64,000 nucleotides of DNA from Dehalococcoidia bacterium (GTDB lineage Bacteria; Chloroflexota; Dehalococcoidia; Bin125), in assembly GCA_965218115.1 (NCBI GenBank), contig OZ244584.1, forward strand, positions 867,835-931,834. Reading direction: 5' to 3'. Below are positions 49,888-59,453 of this stretch, one piece after another. The notes beneath the pieces are model-generated. The model ran no database searches and was not told where the DNA came from. It saw only the letters and a list, made by a program, of their open reading frames with translations. Each line of letters begins with the position of its first letter. Position 1 is the stretch's first letter. A program made the position numbers and the translations under genes.

Positions 49888-50409
49888 CTAGCGAGCGGGT
49901 CCGGCCGGAGAGGCTTCAGCGTCGCTGGCTGCGGGCTGTTCGATCGTTGGCTCAGCCGCTGGCTCCGATTGCTCGTTCTCAATCGCCGCGAGCTTGGCCA
50001 GGCGCCGCACGTGGCGTCCGCCCTCAAACGAAGCATTGACGAAATTGTCGACGATCTCCTGAGCGAGCGCCCTGCCGGTCACCCAGGCTCCGATCGCAAG
50101 GATGTTGGCGTCGGTGTGCTGGCGGGCTCGACGGGCGGTCCAGGGGTCGGCGCACAGCGCGGCCCGCACGCCGTTGACCTTGTTCGCCGCGATGCTGACC
50201 CCCACGCCGTTCGAGCAGAGCACGATCCCGAGCTGATCGCGACCGTTCACGACTGCGCCGGCGAGGGGCGCGACGATGTCGGGATAGTCGACCGACTCGT
50301 CGGAATGCGTGCCGAAGTCGTGAATCTCGTGGCCGGCGTCGCGCAGTCGCTGGCTGAGCATTCGTTTGAGATCGACGCCGGTGTGGTCGCTACCGATCGC
50401 GATGCGCAC
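49888..50409 (-). CDS. rpiB: ribose-5-phosphate isomerase B
   Basis: VRIAIGSDHTGVDLK start and LCSNGVGVSIAANK. GTG start at 50409; the ORF-track N-terminal extension is rejected. Confidence 0.8.
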   Translation of the reverse strand: MRIAIGSDHTGVDLKRMLSQRLRDAGHEIHDFGTHSDESVDYPDIVAPLAGAVVNGRDQLGIVLCSNGVGVSIAANKVNGVRAALCADPWTARRARQHTDANILAIGAWVTGRALAQEIVDNFVNASFEGGRHVRRLAKLAAIENEQSEPAAEPTIEQPAASDAEASPAGPAR

Positions 50410-50440
50410 GTGATGGTCCCAGCGTGGTGGCGCGTGCGGC

Positions 50441-51094
50441 TCAGGCGCCGGCCGCGTCAGGCTCAGGGATGCCCCAGTGCTCGACGAGCCAATCGCCAAT
50501 TCGGGGATCGAGCGCGGGTCCCTGGCGGAGGACGCGCGGGATCGGCCCGGCAAGATCGAGAATAGTAGAGGCGGCGCCCGCAGGCAGCCGCGGGCCGGGC
50601 GCCACTATGTGAACTGAGTCACGGAGCTGCGCGCGAACATCGTCCGGCGTTAGCGCCGCCGGCTGCCCGTGCAGGTTCGCGCTGGTGCCGGTCAGCGGTT
50701 GATCGAGCTCGCGCAGGATCTGCAGCGCGACGGGATGGTCGGGAATCCGCACGGCGATCGTCTCGCCCTGGACCGCGATTGTGTAAAACGACGGGTGTCT
50801 CGGCAGGATCAGGGTCACAGCGCCGGGCCAGACCCGTTCGGCGAGGCCGCGCACGCGCTCCGGCGGCTCGCCGGCGACGCGCTCCAGCCAGTCGAGCGAC
50901 GGGATCAGGATCGGCAGATTCTCGAAGGCCGGGCGCTGCTTGATCTCGAACACGGCGGCCACGGCGTCGCGATCGGTCGCGACCGCGCTCAGCGCATACT
51001 GCGTGTCGGTCGGCATCGCCACGACCGCGCCGCGCGAAAGCAGGTCAACGGCTCGGTGCAGGGGCTCAGGACTCACGGGTGCGCCTTGAGAAAC
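50441..51094 (-). CDS. tsaC: L-threonylcarbamoyladenylate synthase (YrdC/TsaC type)
   Basis: AVVAMPTDTQYALSA and the YrdC fold. The start is uncertain (51076-51094); the ORF-track extension to 51394 would run over the guaA start. Confidence 0.7.
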   Translation of the reverse strand, partial: VSQGAPVSPEPLHRAVDLLSRGAVVAMPTDTQYALSAVATDRDAVAAVFEIKQRPAFENLPILIPSLDWLERVAGEPPERVRGLAERVWPGAVTLILPRHPSFYTIAVQGETIAVRIPDHPVALQILRELDQPLTGTSANLHGQPAALTPDDVRAQLRDSVHIVAPGPRLPAGAASTILDLAGPIPRVLRQGPALDPRIGDWLVEHWGIPEPDAAGA

Positions 51095-51175
51095 CGGGGG
51101 CGCGTCTGCTCCCTGTCGCTGGGGAACATAGCGGTAGGCGGGACCTTGAGCGTACACCGCATAATCTGAGGGCCA

Positions 51176-52771
51176 GTGGATCGCGCAGGGTTGCAGGACG
51201 AGATGTCGCGAGAACATCCGCACGAATCGATCGTGATCGTGGACCTGGGTTCGCAAACGGCGATGCTGATCGCGCGTCGGGTCCGCGAGCTGAACGTCTA
51301 CTGCGAGCTCGTGCCCGCCACGGCTACCCGCGCGGACATCCAACCTCTGCGGGCCCGTGGCGTGATCCTCTCCGGTGGGCCGTCGTCGGTACACGATGAA
51401 GGCGCTCCGCGAGCCCCTCAGTGGTCACTGGACGGCAGTCTGCCGACCCTCGGCATCTGCTACGGCATGCAGACCATGGCGCAACAGCTCGGCGGCCGCG
51501 TCGCGCCGGGCCGCGAGCGCGAGTTCGGCTCGGCGTCCGTCACCGCGCGGGCCGATGGCTCGGCGCTGCTGCGCGGACTGCCCGAGCCGCTGCCGGTCTG
51601 GATGAGCCACGGTGATCGCGTCGAGGCGCTGCCCGCCGGGTTCGAGGCGCTGGCCTCGACGGCCACGATTCCGATCGCGGCGATGACCAACGGCGCCGGG
51701 CTCTACGGGATTCAGTTCCACCCCGAGGTCGTGCACACCCCCGACGGTCCGGAGCTGCTGCGCAACTTCGTGCACGACATCTGCGGATGCTCGGGCGATT
51801 GGACCGCGGAGCACTTCGTCACCGAGACGATCGAGGAGATCCGCGCTCAGGTCGGCCGGCGCCGCGTGATCTGCGGGCTCAGCGGCGGCGTCGACTCCGC
51901 CGTCGCGGCGACGCTGGTGCATCGCGCGATCGGCGACCAGCTGACCTGCGTCTTCGTCGACAACGGGCTGCTCCGTCGCGGCGAGCGCAAGCAGGTCGAG
52001 CAGACCTTCTCGCAGCAGCTCCACATCAATCTGCGCACCGTCGAGGCGGGCGACCGCTTCCTCGAGGAGCTGGCCGGCGTGACCGACCCAGAGACCAAGC
52101 GCAAGCGCGTCGGTGAGACGTTCATCTCGGTCTTCGAGGAGTCGGCGCGCGAGCTGGGCGCGGCCGGCGCCGCCGTTGACTTCCTGGTCCAGGGCACGAC
52201 CTACCCCGATGTCGTCGAGAGCGCCGGCACCGGCGCCGGCGGCGCGACGGCGACGATCAAGTCGCACCACAACGTCGGCGGGCTGCCCGACGACCTGCGT
52301 TTCGAGCTGGTCGAGCCGCTCCGCTATCTGTTCAAGGACGAAGTGCGCACGGTCGGCCGCGAGCTGGGCCTGCCCGACGAGATCGTGCAGCGTCAGCCCT
52401 TCCCGGGGCCCGGGCTCTCAATCCGCATCATCGGCGCGGTCACCCACGAGAAGGTGCGGGTCCTACAGGCCGCCGACGCCGTGGTCGTGGAGGAGGTGCG
52501 CGAGGCCGGCCTGGAACGCGAGCTCTGGCAGTCGTTCGCGATTCTGACCGATACACGCACCGTGGGCGTGCAGGGCGACGCGCGGACCTACGGTTGGGTC
52601 GTCGCCCTCCGCGCAGTCACCGCCGACGACGCGATGACCGCCGACTGGGCGCGCCTGCCCGGCGACCTGCTCGGCCGGATCGCGAATCGGATCGTGAACG
52701 AAATCCCAGAGGTGAACCGCGTGGTCTACGACATCACCTCGAAGCCGCCCGGCACGATCGAGTGGGAGTAG
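51176..52771 (+). CDS. guaA: GMP synthase (glutamine-hydrolysing)
   Basis: GATase GICYGMQ, PP-loop SGGVDS, C-terminal dimerisation domain. Start may be ATG 51203. Confidence 0.9.
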   Translation: MDRAGLQDEMSREHPHESIVIVDLGSQTAMLIARRVRELNVYCELVPATATRADIQPLRARGVILSGGPSSVHDEGAPRAPQWSLDGSLPTLGICYGMQTMAQQLGGRVAPGREREFGSASVTARADGSALLRGLPEPLPVWMSHGDRVEALPAGFEALASTATIPIAAMTNGAGLYGIQFHPEVVHTPDGPELLRNFVHDICGCSGDWTAEHFVTETIEEIRAQVGRRRVICGLSGGVDSAVAATLVHRAIGDQLTCVFVDNGLLRRGERKQVEQTFSQQLHINLRTVEAGDRFLEELAGVTDPETKRKRVGETFISVFEESARELGAAGAAVDFLVQGTTYPDVVESAGTGAGGATATIKSHHNVGGLPDDLRFELVEPLRYLFKDEVRTVGRELGLPDEIVQRQPFPGPGLSIRIIGAVTHEKVRVLQAADAVVVEEVREAGLERELWQSFAILTDTRTVGVQGDARTYGWVVALRAVTADDAMTADWARLPGDLLGRIANRIVNEIPEVNRVVYDITSKPPGTIEWE

Positions 52772-52775
52772 CGCC

Positions 52776-53216
52776 GTGAACATCACGATCTGCATGAGCA
52801 TGCTGCTAAGCGACCGGCTGCCCGCGCTGACGGACGAACTGGAGACGGCCGGCCACGTCGTCTTCACACCAGTCGACACCGAAGGCTTCGATTACGTCGG
52901 CGCGTCAACGCTCGAGCGGGCTGAGCAGAAGCGCTCCTACGACCTGATCCGCGAGCACTGGCGCAAGATCCAGCGCTCGGACGCGATTCTGGTGGTCAAC
53001 GAGGACCTGCCGGGCCGCCCCGCGCACATCGGCGGCAACACGTTCCTCGAGATGGGCTTCGCCCACGTCCTCGAGCTGCCGATCTACATGATGCAGCCCG
53101 TCCCCGACACGACCTATGCGAGCGAGATGCTCGCAATGGACCCGATCATCCTGCACGGCGACCTGACCCAAATCGGGCCACGCATCGAACCGGCGCTCGC
53201 GCCGGCGGGGGACTGA
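52776..53216 (+). CDS. nucleoside 2-deoxyribosyltransferase-like protein
   Basis: GGNTFLEMGFAHVLELPIY matches the G-x-x-F-E-x-G-(Y/F)-A...P motif of the NDT family. Sits between guaA and purD. Confidence 0.5.
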   Translation: MNITICMSMLLSDRLPALTDELETAGHVVFTPVDTEGFDYVGASTLERAEQKRSYDLIREHWRKIQRSDAILVVNEDLPGRPAHIGGNTFLEMGFAHVLELPIYMMQPVPDTTYASEMLAMDPIILHGDLTQIGPRIEPALAPAGD

Positions 53217-53220
53217 GCGC

Positions 53221-54504
53221 ATGCGCGTGATGGTGGTCGGCGGCGGCGGTCGCGAACACGCCCTGGCCTGGGCGATCTCGCGCAGCCCGCGCTGCGACGA
53301 GCTGATCTGCGCGCCCGGCAACGCGGGCACTGCGGCGCTCGGCGAAAACCTCTCGATCCCCGACTCCGACATCGCCGGCCTCGTCGACGCAGGGCTGGCC
53401 CGGCGGATCGATCTGCTCGTCGTCGGCCCCGAGGCGCCGCTGGCTGCAGGACTGGTGGACGCGCTCGACGCGCGCGGCGTGCTCGCCTTCGGTCCACGAC
53501 GCGACGCCGCCGAGCTGGAATCGTCGAAGTGGTTCGCCAAATCCGTGATGCAGCAGGCCGGCGTCGCCCACGCGGCCGGCGAGCTGTTCGAGAGCGCGGC
53601 CGCCGCGCACAAGTGGGTCGAGTACCTCGGTGATCACCCCGCCTACCTGCCCGTGCTCAAGGCCGACGGCCTGGCCGCCGGCAAGGGCGTGATCGTCCCC
53701 GCCGACCTCGACGAAGCGCATCAGGCGGTGGACGAGCTGATGGGCGGCAAGTTCGGCGCCGCCGGCGAGCGGATCGTGATTGAGGATCGGCTCTCGGGCC
53801 GAGAAGCGTCAGCGATGGCGATCGTCTCAGGCACGTCGGTCATCCCGCTCCCCCTCTCCTGCGACTACAAGCGCGTCGGCGACGGCGACACCGGCCCCAA
53901 CACGGGCGGAATGGGCGTCTATTCGCCGCCTGGCTTCCTCAGCGATGAACCTCACGTCTTCACCCGCGTGCACGAGCCCGTCGCGCAGGCGCTGACTTCG
54001 ATCGGCCGCGAGTTCCGAGGCCTGATGTACGCCGGCCTGATGGTCGACGGCGCCGCCGTCAACGTGCTCGAGTTCAACTGCCGCTTCGGCGACCCCGAGT
54101 CGCAGGCGGTGCTCCCGAGGATCGAGGGCGATCTGCTCACCGCCCTCACCTCCGCCGCGAGCGGCGAGCCGCTCGCCGAGCGCGCGATCACCTGGCGCGA
54201 AGAGGCCACCGTCGCCGTCGCGATGGCAAGCGGCGGATACCCGGGGCCGTATGCCACGGGCGCACCGATCACGGGCCTGGACGCCGTCGACGATGCTGTC
54301 GAGGTCTTCCACGCCGGCACCGCGCTGGATGACGAGGGCCGCATCGTGACGGCCGGCGGGCGCGTGCTCTCGGTAGTCGCCCGCGGGAGCGATCTGGCCG
54401 AAGCGCGTGCGATCGCATACGACAATGTCGCCCGGATCAGCTTCGAGGGCGGCTTCTTCCGCAGCGACATCGCGCTGCGCGAACTGGACGCTTCGCGCCG
54501 GTAA
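53221..54504 (+). CDS. purD: phosphoribosylamine--glycine ligase
   Basis: MRVMVVGGGGREHALAW start and ATP-grasp core. Confidence 0.9.
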   Translation: MRVMVVGGGGREHALAWAISRSPRCDELICAPGNAGTAALGENLSIPDSDIAGLVDAGLARRIDLLVVGPEAPLAAGLVDALDARGVLAFGPRRDAAELESSKWFAKSVMQQAGVAHAAGELFESAAAAHKWVEYLGDHPAYLPVLKADGLAAGKGVIVPADLDEAHQAVDELMGGKFGAAGERIVIEDRLSGREASAMAIVSGTSVIPLPLSCDYKRVGDGDTGPNTGGMGVYSPPGFLSDEPHVFTRVHEPVAQALTSIGREFRGLMYAGLMVDGAAVNVLEFNCRFGDPESQAVLPRIEGDLLTALTSAASGEPLAERAITWREEATVAVAMASGGYPGPYATGAPITGLDAVDDAVEVFHAGTALDDEGRIVTAGGRVLSVVARGSDLAEARAIAYDNVARISFEGGFFRSDIALRELDASRR

Positions 54505-54539
54505 GCTGGTGGCGTTCGAGCGCGAACGAGAGGCGAAGC

Positions 54540-54878
54540 ATGGCTGACGCGAATCTGCAGGACCACGACGAGACGAAGCGGGTCGAGATGTTCGAGGGCG
54601 TGACGATGCGCACGCTGAACCACGGCGAGCACACCTCGATCCACGAAATCGAGATCGCGCAAGGCGGCGTGGTGCCGATGCACACCCATCCGCACGAACA
54701 GATCGGCTACCTGGTCAGCGGCCGGGTGCTGTTCGAGCTCGGTGAGCTGAAGCGCGAAATCTCGGCCGGCGACTCCTGGATCATCCCCTCCGAGGTCCCC
54801 CACGAGGTCACCGCGCTCGAGGATTCGGTCGCGCTCGATATCTTCTCGCCCAAGCGCGACGAGTACATCAACCGATGA
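54540..54878 (+). CDS. cupin domain protein
   Basis: Two His-containing cupin motifs (HTHPHEQ ... PHEV). 3' end overlaps the purB start. Confidence 0.7.
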   Translation: MADANLQDHDETKRVEMFEGVTMRTLNHGEHTSIHEIEIAQGGVVPMHTHPHEQIGYLVSGRVLFELGELKREISAGDSWIIPSEVPHEVTALEDSVALDIFSPKRDEYINR

Positions 54879-56539
54879 TCCCCCGCTACCAACGCCCCGA
54901 GATGGCGGCGCTCTGGACCGACGACGCCAAGTGGCGCCGCTGGCTCAATGTGGAGATCGCGGTCGTGCAGGCCTGGGCCGACGAGGGCGTCGTGCCCCGC
55001 GAGGACGCCGAAAAGATCGCCGCGAACGCCAGCTTCGTGACGGCCGACATCGACCGCTACCAGATCAAGGTGCACCACGACACGCACGCGTTCCTGCAGT
55101 CGGTCGGCGACAGCCTCGGCCCGGAGTCGCGCTGGGTGCATCACGGCCTGACCACCAACGACGTCTGGGACACGGCCTCGGCGCTACAGATTCGCGATGC
55201 GGCCGAGCTGCTGGAGCAGAATCTCGAGCGTCTCGAAGGGGTGCTGACGCGCCGGGCCAACGAACACCGCCACACGGTCTGCGCCGGGCGGACGCACGGA
55301 ATCCACGCGGAGCCGACGACGTTCGGTCTCAAACTGCTGTCCTGGGTCGACGAAGTCCGGCGCAACCGCGTCCGCCTGGCCGACGCCAAGTGCGGCATCG
55401 CAGTGGGCAAGATCTCCGGCGCGGTGGGGACGCACGCGACCGTACCGCCGTGGGTCGAAGACCGCGTCTGCGCCGAACTCGGCCTCGGCGTTGAAGCGGT
55501 GTCCACGCAGGTGGTGCAGCGCGACCGTCACGCGCATTTCGTCTCGACGCTGGCGCTGGTCGCAGCATCGCTGGAGCGCTTCGCCACGGAGATTCGCCAC
55601 CTCCAGCGCACCGAGGTGCGCGAGGTGCAGGAGCCGTTCGTGGAGGGCCAGGCCGGCTCGTCGGCGATGCCGCACAAGCGCAACCCCGAGAAGTGCGAGC
55701 GGGTCTGCGGGCTCGCCCGCACGATCCGCGCAAACGCGATGACGGCGCTCGAAAACGTGGCGCTATGGCACGAGCGCGATATCTCGCACTCGAGCGCCGA
55801 GCGCATCCTGATCCCCGACGCCTGCCAGGCGCTCGACTACATCCTCGACCTCTTCACCTGGGTCATGGACGGCCTGATCGTGGACGCCGACCGGATGCTG
55901 CAAAATCTCGGCGGCTCCCACGGCCTGGTCTTCTCCCAGCGCGTCCTGCTGGCGCTGACCGAGGCGGGCATGGGTCGCGACGAAGCCTTCCGCCGCGTGC
56001 AAACCCACGCCCTCGCCGCGTGGGACGAACAATCCGACTTCCGCGCCCGCCTCGAGGCCGATGAGACGATCACCTCCGTGCTGGATAGGTCGGCGCTGGA
56101 TGGACTGTTCGACCCGGCGGCGTTCCTGATACACGTCGACGTATCCTTCAGGCGAATCATCGAGCATGAAATAGTCTCGCTAGTACGCGCCTTCCTGGCC
56201 GAGCGAGGAGTTTCAGCGGAATCCGAGCACCTTGAACGGGGCGTCGGACCGGACTTCTTCGTGCAGCATGACGGAGTATCGGTAGCACTCCAGATCAAGG
56301 GCAGTTCCCCCCCTGATGAACGCGCGATTCAGCAGATGGACGCGATCATCCGACGCGACCCCGCCACCATCGTCTTTGCCGTCTCCTACGAGACTCCACC
56401 AAGCGGAACCTGGCGCGACTCAGAGACGCTCCGCTGGACAACGCGGATGTCGAGCGGCGATCCCGCCGCCGCGTGGTCGCGCGGAACGGCGGCGCAACTG
56501 GCTGACGCCGTGTTTCGTGCGGTGACCGACGGCGTCTAA
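54875..56539 (+). CDS. purB: adenylosuccinate lyase with a ~130-aa C-terminal extension of unknown function
   Basis: MIPRYQRPEMAALW start and the fumarase/ASL signature GSSAMPHKRNP. The ORF continues ~130 codons beyond where PurB normally ends (~430 aa). Confidence 0.8.
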   Translation: MIPRYQRPEMAALWTDDAKWRRWLNVEIAVVQAWADEGVVPREDAEKIAANASFVTADIDRYQIKVHHDTHAFLQSVGDSLGPESRWVHHGLTTNDVWDTASALQIRDAAELLEQNLERLEGVLTRRANEHRHTVCAGRTHGIHAEPTTFGLKLLSWVDEVRRNRVRLADAKCGIAVGKISGAVGTHATVPPWVEDRVCAELGLGVEAVSTQVVQRDRHAHFVSTLALVAASLERFATEIRHLQRTEVREVQEPFVEGQAGSSAMPHKRNPEKCERVCGLARTIRANAMTALENVALWHERDISHSSAERILIPDACQALDYILDLFTWVMDGLIVDADRMLQNLGGSHGLVFSQRVLLALTEAGMGRDEAFRRVQTHALAAWDEQSDFRARLEADETITSVLDRSALDGLFDPAAFLIHVDVSFRRIIEHEIVSLVRAFLAERGVSAESEHLERGVGPDFFVQHDGVSVALQIKGSSPPDERAIQQMDAIIRRDPATIVFAVSYETPPSGTWRDSETLRWTTRMSSGDPAAAWSRGTAAQLADAVFRAVTDGV

Positions 56540-56867
56540 GACACCAGCGATGCGTTGACGAGGCCTGCACGCGCACCATGTGACCCCACGCTCTCTAGCG
56601 CGCAGCCAACGGGACGATCACTTCGGCCACGCGAACTGGCCATCGCCCAGCCCTGCGCAGCGCAACAAGTGTCGACGGCCGCCGTGCTGGACACAGCTGA
56701 AAGACCCGCCCCTCAACCTCGCGTACAGGGGCAGCACGAGACTTGGGAAGCTCCCAAAAACTCTCCCCCCGCTTCGCGTTGGCAGAGTCATTCAGAGCCG
56801 TCCTGAGAGTGCCGCGCACTGAGCGCCCGTGCGACGCATGGGACTTGACGTCCTGGGCGGATCAGCC

Positions 56868-57792
56868 TCTAATCAGAACATGCATGCACACGCGGCAATC
56901 GGCAGGTCCGATCAGCCCACTCGTCAAAGCCCTGAACTGCCCGTCGCGGAGCTCCAGACCCACGATCATGACCGATCAAACCGATCAGGGCTGAACGAAA
57001 CCGATCGATTCCGATCACCCCTACCAGATAGGACAGGCGCTCGAATCGAGTCAGAATCGAAAAATCCCCCAAAAACCGATCACTCCCATGCAGCCAGCTC
57101 CAACCGCCCTCTTCACGCCCTCCATCCAGCAGGGAGTCGAGACCTTCCGACTCCCCGATATTGCTGAGCACCCTGAGGTGACGGAACGAGTTCGCCGAGC
57201 TGCATTCACGCTGGCTGCGAGCCGTTGTAATTTTGCCTGGCATGAAACGAGGGACCGCGATGCGCGTGATGCTGGAGTCTGACCTCGCGGCGCCGCTGCA
57301 ACGCGGCAACCTCACCAGGCAGCCGACTTGACATCCCGAGCGATCCCGTCTCTAATCAGAACATGCATGCGCATGCCGCGATCCCCAGATCCGATCACCC
57401 CACTCGTCGCAGCCCTGAACTGCCTGTCGCCGAACTCCTGACCCACAATCAGGACCGATCAAACCGATCAGGGCTGAACGAAACCGATCGATTCCGATCA
57501 CCTGACCAGATAGGACAGGCGCTCAAAATCGAAGCGAAATCGAAAAATCCCCAAAAACCGATCACTCCCATGCAGCCAGCCCCAACCACCCTCTTCCCGC
57601 CCGCCATCCGGCAGGCAGTCGAGACCTGCCGACTCCCCGACACGGCTGAGCACGCTGAGCTAACGGAACGAGTTCGCGGAGCTGCATTCACGCTGCCTGC
57701 GAGCCGTTGTAATTTTGATTGGCGTGAAACGAGGGACCGAGATGACCGTGATGCTGGAATCTGACCTCGCGGCGCCGCTGCGGCGCGGCAAG
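56868..57792. repeat. tandem duplication (period 482 bp) of the purC leader plus the first ~17 codons of purC
   Basis: Copy 1 is 56868-57310, copy 2 is 57351-57792. Both begin TCTAATCAGAACATGCATGC and end in ATG(C/A)(G/C)CGTGATGCTGGA(G/A)TCTGACCTCGCGGCGCCGCTGC. Confidence 0.9.
57260..57331 (+). pseudogene. purC 5' fragment (MRVMLESDLAAPLQRGNLTRQPT*) created by the leader duplication
   Basis: Aligns codon-for-codon with the purC start at 57742, then diverges into a stop. Confidence 0.8.
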
Positions 57793-58650
57793 GTGCGGGA
57801 TATCTATGACCTTGGCGAACAACTGCTGATCGTGACCACCGACCGCGTGTCGGCGTTCGACGTGGTGCTGCCGACCGGCATCCCTCAGAAGGGCTGCGTG
57901 CTCACCCAGATGTCGGCCTACTGGTTCGAGGCGACCTCCTCGGTCGTGCCCAACCACATGATCCGGGTGATCGACTCGACCGACAATCCCGACCTGCCGC
58001 TGCAGTTGGGCCCCGAATACGTGGGCCGCTCGATGCTGGTGCGCAAGGCCGAGCCGGTCAAGCTCGAGGCGGTCGTGCGCGGCTACCTGGCCGGCAGCGG
58101 TTGGGCCGAGTACCAGCAGAACTCGCGGGTCTGCGGGATTCCCCTGCCCCCCGGGTTGCGCGAGTCCGACGCGCTGCCCCAGGCCATCTTCACACCCTCG
58201 ACCAAGGCCGATGTCGGCCACGACGAGAACATCACCTACCAGCAGGCCGTCGAAATCGTCGGCGAAGACGTGGCCAACACGGTCAAGGTGCGCTCGATGG
58301 CGCTCTATCTGTTCGGGCTCGAGCGCGCGCGCCAGGCCGGCTTCATGCTCGCCGACACCAAGTTCGAGTTCGGCGTGACCAAGAACGAGCAGGGCGAGGA
58401 CGAGGTGATCCTGATCGACGAGGCGCTCACGCCCGACTCGTCGCGCTACTGGGATGCGAGCGTCTACAAGCCGGGCCAGTCGCAGCCCTCCTTCGACAAG
58501 CAACCGCTGCGCGACTGGCTGACATCCACCGGCTGGAACAAGGAGCCGCCCGGCCCGCCGATCTCCGACGAGGTCGCGGCCGTGCTCACCGAGCGCTACC
58601 GCGCCGCGTTCGAGCGCGTCACAGGCCGCGAGCTGTTGGTCGGCGCTTAG
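57742..58650 (+). CDS. purC: phosphoribosylaminoimidazole-succinocarboxamide synthase (SAICAR synthetase)
   Basis: GKVRDIYDL, LLIVTTDRVSAFDV and LADTKFEFG motifs. Start at ATG 57742. Confidence 0.9.
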   Translation: MTVMLESDLAAPLRRGKVRDIYDLGEQLLIVTTDRVSAFDVVLPTGIPQKGCVLTQMSAYWFEATSSVVPNHMIRVIDSTDNPDLPLQLGPEYVGRSMLVRKAEPVKLEAVVRGYLAGSGWAEYQQNSRVCGIPLPPGLRESDALPQAIFTPSTKADVGHDENITYQQAVEIVGEDVANTVKVRSMALYLFGLERARQAGFMLADTKFEFGVTKNEQGEDEVILIDEALTPDSSRYWDASVYKPGQSQPSFDKQPLRDWLTSTGWNKEPPGPPISDEVAAVLTERYRAAFERVTGRELLVGA

Positions 58651-58940
58651 TGGCCGAGAGCAGGTCCTTCAAGGCGGACATCTACGTCACCCTCAAGCGG
58701 ACGGTCAACGATCCGCAAGGCCTGACGATCCGCGGCGGCCTCCACGCCCTCGGCTTCGAGGCAGTCTCGGCGGTCCGCGCCGGCAAGTTCATCGAGGTCT
58801 GGCTCGAAGCCGCCGACGACGCCGAAGCCCAGCGCCAGGTCGAGCAGATGAGCGATCAGCTCCTGGCCAATCCCGTCATCGAGGATTTCCGCGTCGAACT
58901 CACCTCCGGCGGCGAGCCGGCGCCAGGAGTCGAGGACTGA
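58650..58940 (+). CDS. purS: phosphoribosylformylglycinamidine synthase subunit PurS
   Basis: KADIYVTLKRTVNDPQG...LLANPVIEDFRVEL. GTG start overlapping the purC stop (TAGTG). Confidence 0.8.
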   Translation: MAESRSFKADIYVTLKRTVNDPQGLTIRGGLHALGFEAVSAVRAGKFIEVWLEAADDAEAQRQVEQMSDQLLANPVIEDFRVELTSGGEPAPGVED

Positions 58941-59440
58941 GCGCTTCCATCTCTCCCCCCGCGGGGGGGAGATGTCACGGAGTGACAGAGGGGGGCCTCC
59001 CGCCAGCCTCGTGCCACCAGCGCTTCCATTTCTCCCCCCGCGGGGGGGAGATGTCACGGAGTGACAAAGGGGGGCCTCCCGCTCGGCGGCGAGCCGGCGT
59101 CGGGGGTCGCGGACTCAGCGCTTCCATTTCTCCCCCCGCGGGGGGGAGATGCCGCAGGCAGAGGGGGGCCTCCCACCCGCCTCGTGCGACCTGCGCCCCC
59201 TCCGTCATTCCTGCGCCCCCTCCGTCATTCCTGCGCAGGCAGGAATCCATGCGACCGACCAACCCTGCGACGAGCCTCCATCCGCCCGACGGCCCACCAA
59301 AGCCCCCAGCGCACCGCGCGTGATCGAACCCCGTCGAACATTGGGAGTGCCCTTGACCCCACAGACCGCCTGGATTCCTGCCTCCGCAGGAATGACGAAA
59401 CCAGCAGCTCCCGAGCTAACGCGAACGTCTGCGCGGAGCT
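58941..59440. repeat. repeat cluster: three direct ~62-bp module-C units (one carrying a duplicated purS 3' end) followed by MITE-like element A (~59205-59400)
   Basis: AGCGCTTCCAT(C/T)TCTCCCCCCGCGGGGGGGAGATG... occurs at 58941, 59029 and 59117. The 59082-59148 stretch repeats the last ~12 purS codons. Convergent junction with hisB. Confidence 0.85.
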
Positions 59441-59453
59441 CCCCGCTCCCCCC

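Noticed and set aside
50441-51394. 317-aa ORF-track version of tsaC and the N-terminal extensions of rpiB (to 50553), NIPSNAP (to 21977), HDAC (from 11989), CocE (from 19082), CoA-transferase (to 40951), dapF (to 46964), hisB (to 60158) and the flavin reductase (from 26125)
   Set aside because: The upstream extensions lack family homology, run into neighbouring genes or divergent promoters, and better-placed internal ATG/GTG starts with RBS-like sequences exist.
57351-57741. ZTP (pfl) or purine riboswitch upstream of purC
   Set aside because: I could not find the conserved ZTP blocks (GACUGGCG / ACCGGGG / CCGCCUGGGCA-like) or the purine-riboswitch core by eye, so the leader is reported as unassigned rather than named.
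58941-59175. Three direct ~62-bp repeats with short spacer-like intervening sequences, which look like a CRISPR array at first glance
   Set aside because: The repeat unit is long (~62 bp) and belongs to a dispersed family (module C) found in many other intergenic sites. There are only 3 units. The 'spacers' are related to each other, and one is a duplicated piece of the purS 3' end. No cas genes nearby.
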